Shown here: piece by piece, positions 47,191 to 56,544 of the stretch
Layout of the letters: every line of letters begins with the position of its first letter
Numbering within the stretch: position 1 is the first letter of the stretch
Assembly (NCBI GenBank): GCA_030649945.1
Contig: JAUSFE010000040.1
Coordinates: 26,266 to 90,265 of the forward strand
From: Dehalococcoidia bacterium
Lineage (GTDB): Bacteria; Chloroflexota; Dehalococcoidia; SM23-28-2; RBG-16-64-32
Length of the DNA: 64,000 nt
Direction of reading: 5' to 3'
Notes under the pieces: generated by a model
What the model was told of the DNA's origin: nothing
Databases searched by the model: none
The model's input: only the letters and a program-made list of their open reading frames with translations
Translations under genes and position numbers: made by a program

Positions 47191-47215
47191 GCCACCCGTG
47201 ATCTTGGCGCACAGC
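47191..47215 (+). repeat. 25-bp direct repeat (copy 2)
   Basis: Identical to 45369-45393. Confidence 0.5.
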
Positions 47216-47241
47216 TTCCCGCTATCCGGGCCGGCCGCCCG

Positions 47242-49038
47242 CTACCGCCCCGGCGCGTCCGCCAGCAGCGCCACCGGCAGGTCAACCAGCTTCGCCCGCA
47301 GGTACTCGCCCAGGCTCTTCGCCTGCGGGTCCGTCCGCGTCGAGGAGGCGACGCCCTCGCCCAGCAGCCCGGCCACCACGAAGTTGAGCGCCCTCAGGTT
47401 CGGCAGCTCGTAGCGCCGCACCTCCAGCTCCCGCGCCTCCGCCACCAGCGCCTTGAACCGCTCCACCGTCAGGTACTCCGCCAGCCAGGCGTAGCCGGCG
47501 TCGCTGCGCGCCCAGACGCCCACGTTCGCGTTGCCGCCCTTGTCGCCGGAGCGGGCGCCAAAGGCCGCGCCCAGCGGCACGCGCGCCGTCGGGCCGCCCG
47601 GGCCGCCTGAGGCGGACACGCGGGGCACAGCCACTGGCTCTACCGGCGCACGGACATCCGCCTGCACCAGCGGGACGTGCACCCGCGAGCCGTCGTGCGC
47701 CACGACCACCTGGTCGATGGCGTCCGCCGCGACGAGCGCCGGCCAGTACACGCCGTACGCGCTCTCCGCGGCGGGCCCGGACGTCATGTGGAAGCCCGGG
47801 TAGTTCGCCAGCGCCATCTCCACGACCTTGCCGGAGAACTCGCGGCCCACTTTGCGCGGGTCCTTGTCCTTTACGGTGACCCGCAGGGTGGCGCCGGCCT
47901 CCTCGTTCGACGGCGGGTCCTCCCGGTCGGTCCGCGTCAGCTTCACGGTCACCTCGCCGAAGCGTTCCTTGCCGCCCAGCTCCGCGAACAGCGTCTCCTC
48001 CGCGAGCTTCGCCTTCTCCTCGATGTCCAGCCCGGTGAGGACGAACGTCATCGTGCTCCGGAAGCCGCCGAGGTAGTTGATGCACACCTTCGCCGTATCC
48101 GGGGCCGGCTCGCCGCGCACGCCGGTCACCAGCACGCGGTCCGGGCCTTCCTGCTCCAGGCGGATGGTGTCGAACCGCGCCACCACGTCCGGGTTCAGGT
48201 AGCGCTCGCCCGCGATCTCGTAGAGCAGCTGCGCCGTGACCGTGCCCACGGAGACGAGGCCGCCCGTGCCCTCGTGCTTGGTGACGACGAACGACCCGTC
48301 CTCGCGCATCTCCGCCAGCGGGAAGCCGGGGTGCTGAAGGCCGGGCACCTCCTGGAAGAACGAGTAGTTGCCGCCGGTGGCCTGGGCGCCGCACTCCAGG
48401 ATGTGGCCCGCGACCACTGCCGAGGCCAGGCGGTCCCAGTCGGACTTGCCCCAGCCGAAGTGCCAGGCCGCCGGCCCCACCACCAGCGAGGCGTCGGTGA
48501 CGCGGGGGCAGACGACCACGTCGGCGCCCGTGTTGAGCGCCTCGACGATCCCCCAGGCGCCCAGGTAGGCATTGGCGGCCACGGGCTCGATGCCGGATCC
48601 GGCGAGCGGGCGGCCGCTGTCCAGGTGCGCCAGCTTCTCGCCGCGCGCCTGCAGCTCGGGCAGCTTCGCGAGCACGTCGTCGCCCTCGATGTGCGCGATG
48701 TTCGCCTGCAACCCCAGGCCGTCCGCCAGCTCGCGCAGGCGCGCCGCCAGCGCCGCCGGGTTCAGCCCGCCGGCGTTCGTGACAATCTTGATGCCCCGGT
48801 CCAGGCACGTCCCCAGCACCTCTTCCATCTGCCGCACGAACGTCAGCGCGTAGCCGCCATTGCTGTCCTTCTGCTTCATCTTCCAGAGGATGAGCAGCGT
48901 CAGCTCGGCCAGATAGTCGCCGGTGAGGAAGTCGATGGGCCCGCCCTCCACCATCTCGCGAGCGGCGGCCAGACGGTCGCCGTAAAAGCCCGAGCAGTTG
49001 GCGACGCGGAGGACTGGTTTCGCCGGCTCTCGCATCAC
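47242..49038 (-). CDS. AtuA-like acyclic terpene utilisation family protein (DUF1446 + DUF4387)
   Basis: N-terminal PVLRVANCSGFYGDRL signature of DUF1446/AtuA. About 598 aa. Last gene of the carboxylase operon. Confidence 0.8.
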   Translation of the reverse strand: MMREPAKPVLRVANCSGFYGDRLAAAREMVEGGPIDFLTGDYLAELTLLILWKMKQKDSNGGYALTFVRQMEEVLGTCLDRGIKIVTNAGGLNPAALAARLRELADGLGLQANIAHIEGDDVLAKLPELQARGEKLAHLDSGRPLAGSGIEPVAANAYLGAWGIVEALNTGADVVVCPRVTDASLVVGPAAWHFGWGKSDWDRLASAVVAGHILECGAQATGGNYSFFQEVPGLQHPGFPLAEMREDGSFVVTKHEGTGGLVSVGTVTAQLLYEIAGERYLNPDVVARFDTIRLEQEGPDRVLVTGVRGEPAPDTAKVCINYLGGFRSTMTFVLTGLDIEEKAKLAEETLFAELGGKERFGEVTVKLTRTDREDPPSNEEAGATLRVTVKDKDPRKVGREFSGKVVEMALANYPGFHMTSGPAAESAYGVYWPALVAADAIDQVVVAHDGSRVHVPLVQADVRAPVEPVAVPRVSASGGPGGPTARVPLGAAFGARSGDKGGNANVGVWARSDAGYAWLAEYLTVERFKALVAEARELEVRRYELPNLRALNFVVAGLLGEGVASSTRTDPQAKSLGEYLRAKLVDLPVALLADAPGR

Positions 49039-49814
49039 GAGCCCTCCGCCCAGCGCGGCGGCCGCTTTTCCGCGAACGCCGTCATCCCCTCGCGCGCCTC
49101 CTCCGAGGCGAAGTACTGCGCCGACAGCTCGGACGTCATCGCGAAGGCAGCGTCCAGGTCCATCCCCGGCACCTCGCGCACCAGCCGCTTGCAGCCCGCC
49201 AGCGCCGCCGGCGAGCCCTTAAGGATGCTGGCGGCGTAGCGCCCGACGGCCGCGTCCAGCTGGTCCGCGGGCACAGCGGCGTTCAGCAGGCCCAGGCGCG
49301 CGGCCTCAACCGCGTCGATCGTGTCGCCGGTGAGGAAGAGCTCCATCGTCTTCGTGACACCCAGCTTCGGCAGGACGACAACGGAGATGATCGCGGGGAT
49401 CAGGCCGAGCCGCACCTCGCTGAAGGCGAAGGTCGCGCTGTCCACGGAAACGGCGATGTCGCAGGCGGCGACGAGGCCGATGCCGCCGGCGCGCGTGGGG
49501 CCGTTGACACGCGCGATGACAGGCTTGGGCGAATGCCAGATCTGTTTGAGGATGGCCACCAGCCCTCCCGGTCCCGCGCCCGGCCCCCCGATCCTGTCGG
49601 GGCGCGCCTCCTTCAGGTCGGCGCCGGAGCAGAAGGCGGGCCCCGCGCCGGTCAGCACGATCAGCCGCGCGCGATCGTCGGCGAGCGCCGCGTCCAGGCT
49701 CTCCTGAAGCCCGGCCATGAGGCCGCGGGAGAGCGCGTTGCGGTTCGGGGGCGAGTCGAGCGTGACCGTGGCGACCCCGCCGGCAATTTCGAGGCGCACG
49801 AGCTCGCCGCTCAC
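49035..49814 (-). CDS. enoyl-CoA hydratase/isomerase (crotonase family)
   Basis: GVATVTLDSPPNRNAL...LTGAGPAFCSGADLKE...ARVNGPTRAGGIGLVAACDIAV. GTG start with GGGGAGAAG SD. GTGA overlap with the upstream gene. Confidence 0.85.
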   Translation of the reverse strand: MSGELVRLEIAGGVATVTLDSPPNRNALSRGLMAGLQESLDAALADDRARLIVLTGAGPAFCSGADLKEARPDRIGGPGAGPGGLVAILKQIWHSPKPVIARVNGPTRAGGIGLVAACDIAVSVDSATFAFSEVRLGLIPAIISVVVLPKLGVTKTMELFLTGDTIDAVEAARLGLLNAAVPADQLDAAVGRYAASILKGSPAALAGCKRLVREVPGMDLDAAFAMTSELSAQYFASEEAREGMTAFAEKRPPRWAEGS

Positions 49815-50620
49815 GCCCGCTTCTCCCCGGCGAACTGCCCGGGCCGGCGCCCCTGCCCCGGCGGGCCGGCGAACGCCTGGGCGATGGACATCCACTCCTC
49901 GGCCGCCGGGCCCCGGACCTCCAGGCCCGTGTCCGCTACGTGACGGCGCTGCGTGACCACCCGGCAGAAGTCGGTCGCCGTGCCCCGCACCACGTCCTGC
50001 GCGTCCGCCTCGCCGAGCACCCACGTCTCGCCCGCAGGCGACGTGAGTTCGACCCGCACTCCTGCGGCCGGCGCTTGCAGGCCCCGGACCATGTAGCTGT
50101 ACGGGCGCGTGCGCACCCCCAGGAACGCCACATGCCGCAGCCTGTCCGTGTCCGGGCGGTCGCCCCCAACCACATCCACGATATCTAGGCCGTGCGACCA
50201 GGTTTCCATCAGCCGGGCGGTAATAAAGGACACCGCGCCCATGTCCGGCCCAAACCAGGGCAGACGCGCCTTCGGGTCCACGGTGCGCGCCGCCGCGATC
50301 AGCCCGCCGCTTGCTGCGCGCCACCAGCCCAGGACGCCGGCGGGCGCCATCTCCCGCCCGCGCGCCAGGTAGCGGGCCTCCGCATCCGGGGCGGCCTGCA
50401 TGAAGGCGCGCGCCTCCGCTGCGAAGGCTTCGCGGTCCGTGATCGCCAGCGACGCCGCCTCGTCGAAGAACGCCAGGTGGGAGACCTGGTCGCGCGCAGA
50501 CCAGCCGGGCGCGTGCGTCGGCGTGTCCCAGACCGCCGCGGGGAAGGCGTCCAGCACCTTCCCCAGCGCCGCCTGTTCGGCCGCCAGGTCGTCGATGATC
50601 TCGTCCGGCGTGGTGCTCAT
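49811..50620 (-). CDS. TIGR03084/MDMPI-like (DinB-fold) family protein
   Basis: 269 aa. N-terminal DinB/mycothiol-dependent-isomerase-like metal-binding helices (WSARDQVSHLAFFDE...). Family call from memory of TIGR03084 layout. Confidence 0.55.
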   Translation of the reverse strand: MSTTPDEIIDDLAAEQAALGKVLDAFPAAVWDTPTHAPGWSARDQVSHLAFFDEAASLAITDREAFAAEARAFMQAAPDAEARYLARGREMAPAGVLGWWRAASGGLIAAARTVDPKARLPWFGPDMGAVSFITARLMETWSHGLDIVDVVGGDRPDTDRLRHVAFLGVRTRPYSYMVRGLQAPAAGVRVELTSPAGETWVLGEADAQDVVRGTATDFCRVVTQRRHVADTGLEVRGPAAEEWMSIAQAFAGPPGQGRRPGQFAGEKRA

Positions 50621-52602
50621 GTCTTGCTCTCCCCCGTGTCCACAACCAGCAGGATCTGCCCGGCCTCCACCTGCGCGCCGGCGGTGACGCGCACCTGCTG
50701 CACGGTGCCGTCTTGCGTGCAGGTGATCAGATGCTCCATCTTCATCGCTTCCAGGATGATCAACACCTCTCCCGCGCTCACCCGCCGGCCGGGTTCGACG
50801 TTCACTACCACGACCTTGCCCGGCATGGGCGCCGCGTAGCCTCCCGCCACCTCCTCCCGCTCGGGCTCAGGGAAGCGGGGCGTCTCCACCAGCCGTACCT
50901 CGCCCGCTGCGCTCTGCACCCAGTGACGAAGGCCGTCGCTGACCACCGAGAACGCGCGCTGCACGCCGTCGATCTCAAGTTCAATGCGCCCGTCTCCCGA
51001 CCGGATGATGCGCGCCCGGCCGACCTGCCCGTCGATCTCGTAGGTGAAGCCGCCATCGCGATGGCGCAAGTACCTGGCGATGACCTCCTCGCCGCGGTGC
51101 ACGCAGCGCACCTCTTGCATCACCGACGGGTTGTTCCGCCAGCCGGAGGGAGGGGTCTTGAGCACGCGCGCCTCGGCCCGGTGCGCCTGCTGCGCGCCCA
51201 GGGCGACCGCAAGCGCCGCCGCCCGCACTTCCTCAGCCCCCACATGGCGCTCGCGCGGCGGATTGTGCCTCTCGATGAAGTCAGTGCTCGTGTCGCCCGC
51301 CAGGAAGGCATCGTGCCGCAGCACGTTCACCAGGAAGTCGCGGTTGGTCGTCACGCCGTGCACTCGCAGCCGCTCCAGCACGTTCGCCAGCCGCAGGGCC
51401 GCCTCCGTGCGCGTGGGCGCGTGGACGATGACCTTGGCGAGCAGGGGGTCGAAGTGCACCGACACATCGGAGCCGCTCTCCACACCGGACTCGAACCGCG
51501 CCGGCAGCGCCGGGTCCGGTTCCCACGCCACCAGGCGGCCGGTGGCCGGCAGGAAATCGTGCGCCGGGTCCTCGGCGTACACGCGCGCCTCGATCGCATG
51601 GCCGTTGAGGCGCAGGTCTTCCTGGCCGAAGGAGAGCGGGTCGCCCTCCGCCACCCGGATCTGCTCGCGGACCAGGTCCAGGCCCGTCACCTCCTCGGTC
51701 ACCGGGTGCTCCACCTGCAGCCGGGTGTTCATCTCCAGGAAATGGAACTTCCGGCGCTTGTCCAGCAGGAACTCGACGGTGCCGGCGTTGTCGTAACCAA
51801 TAGCGCGGGCGGCCGCCACGGCAGCCTCTCCCAGCCTGAGCCCCAGCGCCGCATCAACCGCCGGCGAGGGCGCCTCCTCGATGATCTTCTGGTGGCGGCG
51901 CTGGATGGAGCACTCCCGCTCGAAGCAGTGCACCACGTTCCCGTGCCTGTCGCCCATGACCTGCACCTCTACGTGGCGCGCGCCCTGCAGGTAGCGCTCC
52001 AGGAACACCGTGTCGTTACCGAACGCCGCCGCGGCTTCGCGCCGGGCGCCGGCCACAGCCTCCGCCAGCGCGGCCTCGTTGCCCACTACGCGCATCCCCT
52101 TCCCGCCGCCGCCGCCCGCTGCCTTCACCAGCAGCGGGTAGCCCACCGGGCGCCCCTGCTCGCAGATCTCGGCGGCGGTCCCGCCCGTGACCTCAACGGC
52201 CGGCAGAGTGGGCACCCGCGCCTCCGTCATCAGCTTCTTGGCGGACAGCTTGTCCCCCATGGCGGCGATGGCCTCCGGCCGCGGGCCCACCCAGATGAGG
52301 CCGGCGCCGATGACGGCGCGCGCAAACTCCGCGCTCTCGGCGAGGAAGCCATAGCCGGGGTGGACGGCATCCGCCCCCGCGCGCCGGGCGGCCTCGAGGA
52401 GCTTCGCCGCGTCCAGGTAGGTCTCCGCGCTGGTGTTACCCCACAGCGCCACCGCCTCGTCCGCATCGCGCACAAACGGGGCGGCGGCATCGGCATCGGC
52501 GTAGACGGCGACGGTCGCGATGCCCATCTCGCGCGCTGTCCGCGTGATGCGGCGGGCGATCTCGCCGCGGTTGGCGATCAGCAGCCTGGTGATCCGCGGC
52601 AT
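50617..52602 (-). CDS. acyl-CoA carboxylase alpha subunit (biotin carboxylase + BCCP), MCCase/GCCase-type
   Basis: MPRITRLLIANRGEIARRI...ATP-grasp motifs. C-terminal biotinyl domain EAMKMEH. Confidence 0.92.
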   Translation of the reverse strand: MPRITRLLIANRGEIARRITRTAREMGIATVAVYADADAAAPFVRDADEAVALWGNTSAETYLDAAKLLEAARRAGADAVHPGYGFLAESAEFARAVIGAGLIWVGPRPEAIAAMGDKLSAKKLMTEARVPTLPAVEVTGGTAAEICEQGRPVGYPLLVKAAGGGGGKGMRVVGNEAALAEAVAGARREAAAAFGNDTVFLERYLQGARHVEVQVMGDRHGNVVHCFERECSIQRRHQKIIEEAPSPAVDAALGLRLGEAAVAAARAIGYDNAGTVEFLLDKRRKFHFLEMNTRLQVEHPVTEEVTGLDLVREQIRVAEGDPLSFGQEDLRLNGHAIEARVYAEDPAHDFLPATGRLVAWEPDPALPARFESGVESGSDVSVHFDPLLAKVIVHAPTRTEAALRLANVLERLRVHGVTTNRDFLVNVLRHDAFLAGDTSTDFIERHNPPRERHVGAEEVRAAALAVALGAQQAHRAEARVLKTPPSGWRNNPSVMQEVRCVHRGEEVIARYLRHRDGGFTYEIDGQVGRARIIRSGDGRIELEIDGVQRAFSVVSDGLRHWVQSAAGEVRLVETPRFPEPEREEVAGGYAAPMPGKVVVVNVEPGRRVSAGEVLIILEAMKMEHLITCTQDGTVQQVRVTAGAQVEAGQILLVVDTGESKT

Positions 52603-52607
52603 CTGCG

Positions 52608-54236
52608 CTACATCCGGAAGACGCCGTAACCTTCGGCGCCTTTGACTTCGGCGTTATGGCAGGCGGAAAGGGCGATCCCCAGCACCGTGCGCGTGTCGCG
52701 AGGGTCGATGATGCCGTCGTCGGCCACGCGGCCGGTGGCGTAGAGCGCCAGCGACTCCTTCTCCGACCGGTCCTCCACCGCCGCCGTGATGCGGGCGTCC
52801 TCCTCCTCATCGAACGGGCGCCCGGCGGCGGCCGCTGACCCGCGCCGCACGATCGACATGACGCCGGCCAGCTGCTTCGGGCCCATGACCGCGATCTTCG
52901 CCGTGGGCCAGGTGAACACGAAGCGCGTGTCGTACGCCCGGCCGCCCATGCCGTAGTTCCCCGCGCCGTAGCTGGCGCCGATGATCACCGTGAGGTGCGG
53001 CACCGTGGAATTGGAGACCGCATTGATCATCTTGGAACCGTCCTTGACGATGCCCCCCTGCTCGTAAACCTTGCCGACCATGTAGCCGGTGATGTTCTGC
53101 AAGAAAATGATCGGAACGTCAATCTGGTTGCAGAGCTGAATGAACTGGGTGGCCTTCTGCGACTCCTCCGAGAAGAGCACACCGTTATTGCCCAGAATGC
53201 CCACCGGGAACCCGTGGACCGAGGCCCAGCCGGTGACCAGCGTGCGGCCGTAGAGCGGCTTGAACTCCTCGAAACGAGAGCCGTCCACCACGCGCGCGAT
53301 CACCTCGCGGATGTCAATCGGGGTGCGCAGGTCGACCGGCAGCAGGCCCAGGAGCTCCTCGGTGGGATACAGCGGCTCGTCCGCGGGCAGCGTCGGCCCC
53401 GGGCCCAGCTTGCGCCAGTTGAGGTGCGCTATGACGCTGCGCGTGATGCGCAGCGCGTCCAGCTCATCCTCCGCCAGGTAGTCGGCCAGGCCGGACATCG
53501 TGGCGTGCATCTCTGCGCCGCCCAGCTCCTCGTCGCTCGAGTCCTCGCCCGTCGCCATCTTCACCAGCGGCGGGCCGCCCAGGAACACCTTGGAGCGTCC
53601 CCGGATGAAGATGTTGTAGTCCGACATGCCCGGCTGGTAGGCGCCGCCGGCCGTCGAGCTGCCGAAGACAAGCGAAACCGTGGGGATCCTGGCCGCCGAG
53701 AGCGCCGTTATGTCGTGGAAGAACCGCCCGCTCTCCGCGAAGTGGCCCAGCTGCCGTTGCATCTCGGCCTCGGCGGAGTCCTCCCCGCGTCGCAGGTCCG
53801 CGCCCGCCGACTCGACGAACTGGACATACGGCAGCCGGTTGAGCCGGGAGATCTCCAGCGCGCGATCCGTCTTCTTCATAGAGACCGGCGTGATGGCGCC
53901 GCCCAGCACCGTCGGGTCGTTGGCCGCGATGATGCACTCCACGCCGGACACGACGCCGATGCCCGTAACCAGCCCGCCACCGACGGTGTAGTTGGTGCAG
54001 TAGCCCGCCAGCGGGCTCAGCTCCAGGAAGGGCGAATCCGGGTCCAGCAGCAGCTCGATGCGCTCGCGCACCAGCAGCTTGCCGCGCTGCCGGTGACGGG
54101 CGACGCTGCGCTCGCCGCCGCCGGCCCGGGCCAGCTCCAGCTGCACCTCGATCTCCTGGAGCAGCGCCGCCATGGCTTCGCGGTTCGCCTGGAAGCCCTC
54201 AGAGTCCGTGTCAATTCGCGTTTGCCAGCGTTCCAC
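52608..54236 (-). CDS. acyl-CoA carboxylase carboxyltransferase beta subunit (MccB/AtuC-like)
   Basis: Both carboxyltransferase halves over 542 aa. LDPDSPFLELSPLAGY motif. Confidence 0.9.
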   Translation of the reverse strand: MERWQTRIDTDSEGFQANREAMAALLQEIEVQLELARAGGGERSVARHRQRGKLLVRERIELLLDPDSPFLELSPLAGYCTNYTVGGGLVTGIGVVSGVECIIAANDPTVLGGAITPVSMKKTDRALEISRLNRLPYVQFVESAGADLRRGEDSAEAEMQRQLGHFAESGRFFHDITALSAARIPTVSLVFGSSTAGGAYQPGMSDYNIFIRGRSKVFLGGPPLVKMATGEDSSDEELGGAEMHATMSGLADYLAEDELDALRITRSVIAHLNWRKLGPGPTLPADEPLYPTEELLGLLPVDLRTPIDIREVIARVVDGSRFEEFKPLYGRTLVTGWASVHGFPVGILGNNGVLFSEESQKATQFIQLCNQIDVPIIFLQNITGYMVGKVYEQGGIVKDGSKMINAVSNSTVPHLTVIIGASYGAGNYGMGGRAYDTRFVFTWPTAKIAVMGPKQLAGVMSIVRRGSAAAAGRPFDEEEDARITAAVEDRSEKESLALYATGRVADDGIIDPRDTRTVLGIALSACHNAEVKGAEGYGVFRM

Positions 54237-54510
54237 TCGTCCATCGCCCCCTGTGTGTCAGGCCTTGAGCGCAGGAGCCGGCCGGGGCGGCCCACCGGGG
54301 CGCGTGGCCGGCGGTTCCTTTCGCTGCGACCCGTATTGTAGGCGGGCGCATCCCATGGGCGCAATTTGTCTGTACAATAGGCCCGCCCAGGCACCATGAC
54401 CCGGGGGGACGCAACCACGGCGAATGCCGAGGCAAGGCTCAGGTCAGTGTCGGGACGAGAAAGGTGGCGGAACGCCGCGCCGATCCAGGCCATCGGAATT
54501 GGCAGCGATC

Positions 54511-55644
54511 CTAAGGCTGTTTTTCGGTGTCACCCGGGTCGATGCAGGGCAGTTCTGCCGTGATCGTGGTGCCCTCGCGGGGCACTGAACGAATGTCCAG
54601 AGTGCCGCCCACGAGACGGGCCCGCTCATCCATTCCCAGCAGCCCCAGCTTGCCCGTCTCGCCCAGCTCGCTCAGAGGTCCCGCCAACCTGAATCCACAC
54701 CCGTTGTCCGCCACGGTCAGCGTGATCCGGCCCCGCCGGCCGTGCAGAGAGACGACGGCCGCGGTCGCGCCTGAGTGCCGGCCGACGTTGCGCAAGGCCT
54801 CCTGGGCGATGCGGAACAGCAGCAACTGCGTCTCCTGCGAATGCTCCGGCAGGGCTCCCACCACCTCCACACGAGCCTCGATGCCGTACTGGTCGAGGAG
54901 GGTATCGGCGAGCCACTTCAGGGCGGCGACGAGGCCTTGATCATCGAAGACGCGCGGCCGCAGGTGCTGAGTGAGACGGCGGAGGTCAGTGAGGGTCCTG
55001 ACCGTTTCGGCACGCAGATCTTGCAGCTCCGACGCCACCTCTGACGAAAGGCGGAAGCCTTCGTCGGCGGCCAGGCGGTCCAGCCGCTGGCAGGTAAGAA
55101 GAAGCGCCTGCGCCGTGTCGTCGTGCAGCTCCATGGCGATGCGCTTGCGCTCGTCCTCCTGTGACGTCAGTACCTGGCGCACGAAGTAACGCAGGCCATT
55201 GCGCATCCTCCTCTGCGTCGCCGCCTCCTTGATCTGTTGGGTTACGGCGACGACCGAGAGCCCACCTACTACCATGATGCCGGCCATCTCCGACAATGCG
55301 TGGTCGGTGTGCGGCGAGTTCACCACCGCCCGCGGAAGGAAGAACGCAAAGGCGACTGCCGCCGTGGCGCCTCCACCCTTGCCGCCGAACACAAATGTGG
55401 CATATACCACCGGCAACAGTATCAGAATCCGCTCTATGCTCTGTCTGACTGTAATGTTGATCGGGCAACCATCCGCTACGGCGGAGAGGAGGGGAAGCAT
55501 ATCTGCGTAGTGAGCCAGGATGGCCGCCGAAAGCATGGCGACGGTGAGCGAAAGGCGAAACAGGTATCCGTCCGCTCTTGGCCCGGCCAGCCCGAGGCGA
55601 TCTTGCCAGCGGCGGACGTCGATTCGCGGTGCCGCGATCTCCAT
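54511..55644 (-). CDS. membrane sensor histidine kinase (HisKA_3/NarX-type)
   Basis: Multi-TM N-terminus. H-box ELHDDTAQALL. HATPase_c LRNVGRHSGA...DNGCGF. Confidence 0.85.
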   Translation of the reverse strand: MEIAAPRIDVRRWQDRLGLAGPRADGYLFRLSLTVAMLSAAILAHYADMLPLLSAVADGCPINITVRQSIERILILLPVVYATFVFGGKGGGATAAVAFAFFLPRAVVNSPHTDHALSEMAGIMVVGGLSVVAVTQQIKEAATQRRMRNGLRYFVRQVLTSQEDERKRIAMELHDDTAQALLLTCQRLDRLAADEGFRLSSEVASELQDLRAETVRTLTDLRRLTQHLRPRVFDDQGLVAALKWLADTLLDQYGIEARVEVVGALPEHSQETQLLLFRIAQEALRNVGRHSGATAAVVSLHGRRGRITLTVADNGCGFRLAGPLSELGETGKLGLLGMDERARLVGGTLDIRSVPREGTTITAELPCIDPGDTEKQP

Positions 55645-55658
55645 TAGGGTCTTAAGTC

Positions 55659-56354
55659 CTAAATTGGCTCCTGAGCGCCAACGTCAGGGGCCCTCGGTGT
55701 CACGTCTTCCATGCGGATCCAGCCCTTGCGCAGAGCCTGCAGCACCGCTTCGGTCCGCGAGCCAACGCCCGTCTTGTTGAAGATGTTGACCAAATGGGCC
55801 TTCACGGTCGGGAGACTGAGGGCCAGCTCGGTGGCGATCTCCTTGTTGCTTAAACCGCTGGCAGCGAGGCCCAGTACCGCCAACTCGCGTTCTGTCGGCC
55901 GTTCGCCGCTGGTGGACGGCAGGGCGGGACCGGGCGTGCGGGCCGCCATGACCAGGAGCCTGGCCGTCACGGCCGGATGAAGCACGGCGTCCCCCGCGTG
56001 GATTGCGCGAATGGCCTGGATCACCTCCTGACCGCACGAGTGCTTCAGGAGGTACCCGGCGACGCCGGCCTCTAGCAGGCCAAGCACGTACCGGTCATCG
56101 TCATAGGCGCTGAGGATGATGACTGCGGTGGTGGGGTTGGACACCTTGATCCGTTTAGTCGCTTCGATGCCGTTGAGTTCCGGCATCACCACATCCATCA
56201 GGACAACATCGGGTTCGAGGGCCTGGACTATTGCCACGGCCTCCGCGCCGTTGGCCGCTTCGCCAACGACCTGCATGTCCGGCTCCTTCTCCAGAACCCT
56301 GCGCAGGCCCTCTCGCAGCAGGCTGTGATCGTCCACCAGCACGACGCTAATCAC
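55659..56354 (-). CDS. NarL/FixJ-family response regulator (REC + LuxR HTH)
   Basis: VVLVDDHSLLREGLRRVL...DVVLMDVVMPELNGIE. LuxR HTH LSNKEIATELALSLPTVKAHLVNIFNK. GTG start at 56354 assumed (GGAGCAGGAGA SD). Confidence 0.85.
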   Translation of the reverse strand: MISVVLVDDHSLLREGLRRVLEKEPDMQVVGEAANGAEAVAIVQALEPDVVLMDVVMPELNGIEATKRIKVSNPTTAVIILSAYDDDRYVLGLLEAGVAGYLLKHSCGQEVIQAIRAIHAGDAVLHPAVTARLLVMAARTPGPALPSTSGERPTERELAVLGLAASGLSNKEIATELALSLPTVKAHLVNIFNKTGVGSRTEAVLQALRKGWIRMEDVTPRAPDVGAQEPI

Positions 56355-56440
56355 TTTCCATGTCTCCTGCTCCACCCCTACCACAGGATATTGTGTGACG
56401 ATTCACGAATGCTGTCCAGAACCTTTAGTACTAAACCTAT

Positions 56441-56485
56441 TGACCCGTACCTATCTCAATCTACTGACGCGTACCTATCTAAACG
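56441..56485 (+). promoter_or_regulatory. 21-bp direct repeat pair TGAC(C/G)CGTACCTATCT(C/A)AA in a divergent intergenic region
   Basis: tgacccgtacctatctcaatc + tac + tgacgcgtacctatctaaacg, between the divergent RR gene and a membrane-protein gene. Confidence 0.4.
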
Positions 56486-56544
56486 ACGAGGGCGATGCAT
56501 TCTGCTGGCCGACGTGCGGCACCACTGGCGGTGCGACAGTGAGG

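Noticed and set aside
47282-49239. 508-aa (minus, alternate frame) and 520-aa (plus) ORFs
   Set aside because: Overlap the AtuA-like gene, which has the diagnostic ANCSGFYGDR motif in its own frame.
50713-52629. 638-aa plus-strand ORF
   Set aside because: Antisense to the biotin carboxylase gene.
52995-54341. 448-aa plus-strand ORF
   Set aside because: Antisense to the carboxyltransferase gene.
56395-56544. N-terminal 50 codons of the track ORF 56395-57066
   Set aside because: The translation (LLTRTYLNLLTRTYLN) is just the reading of the 21-bp direct repeats. A better start with SD lies at 56545.
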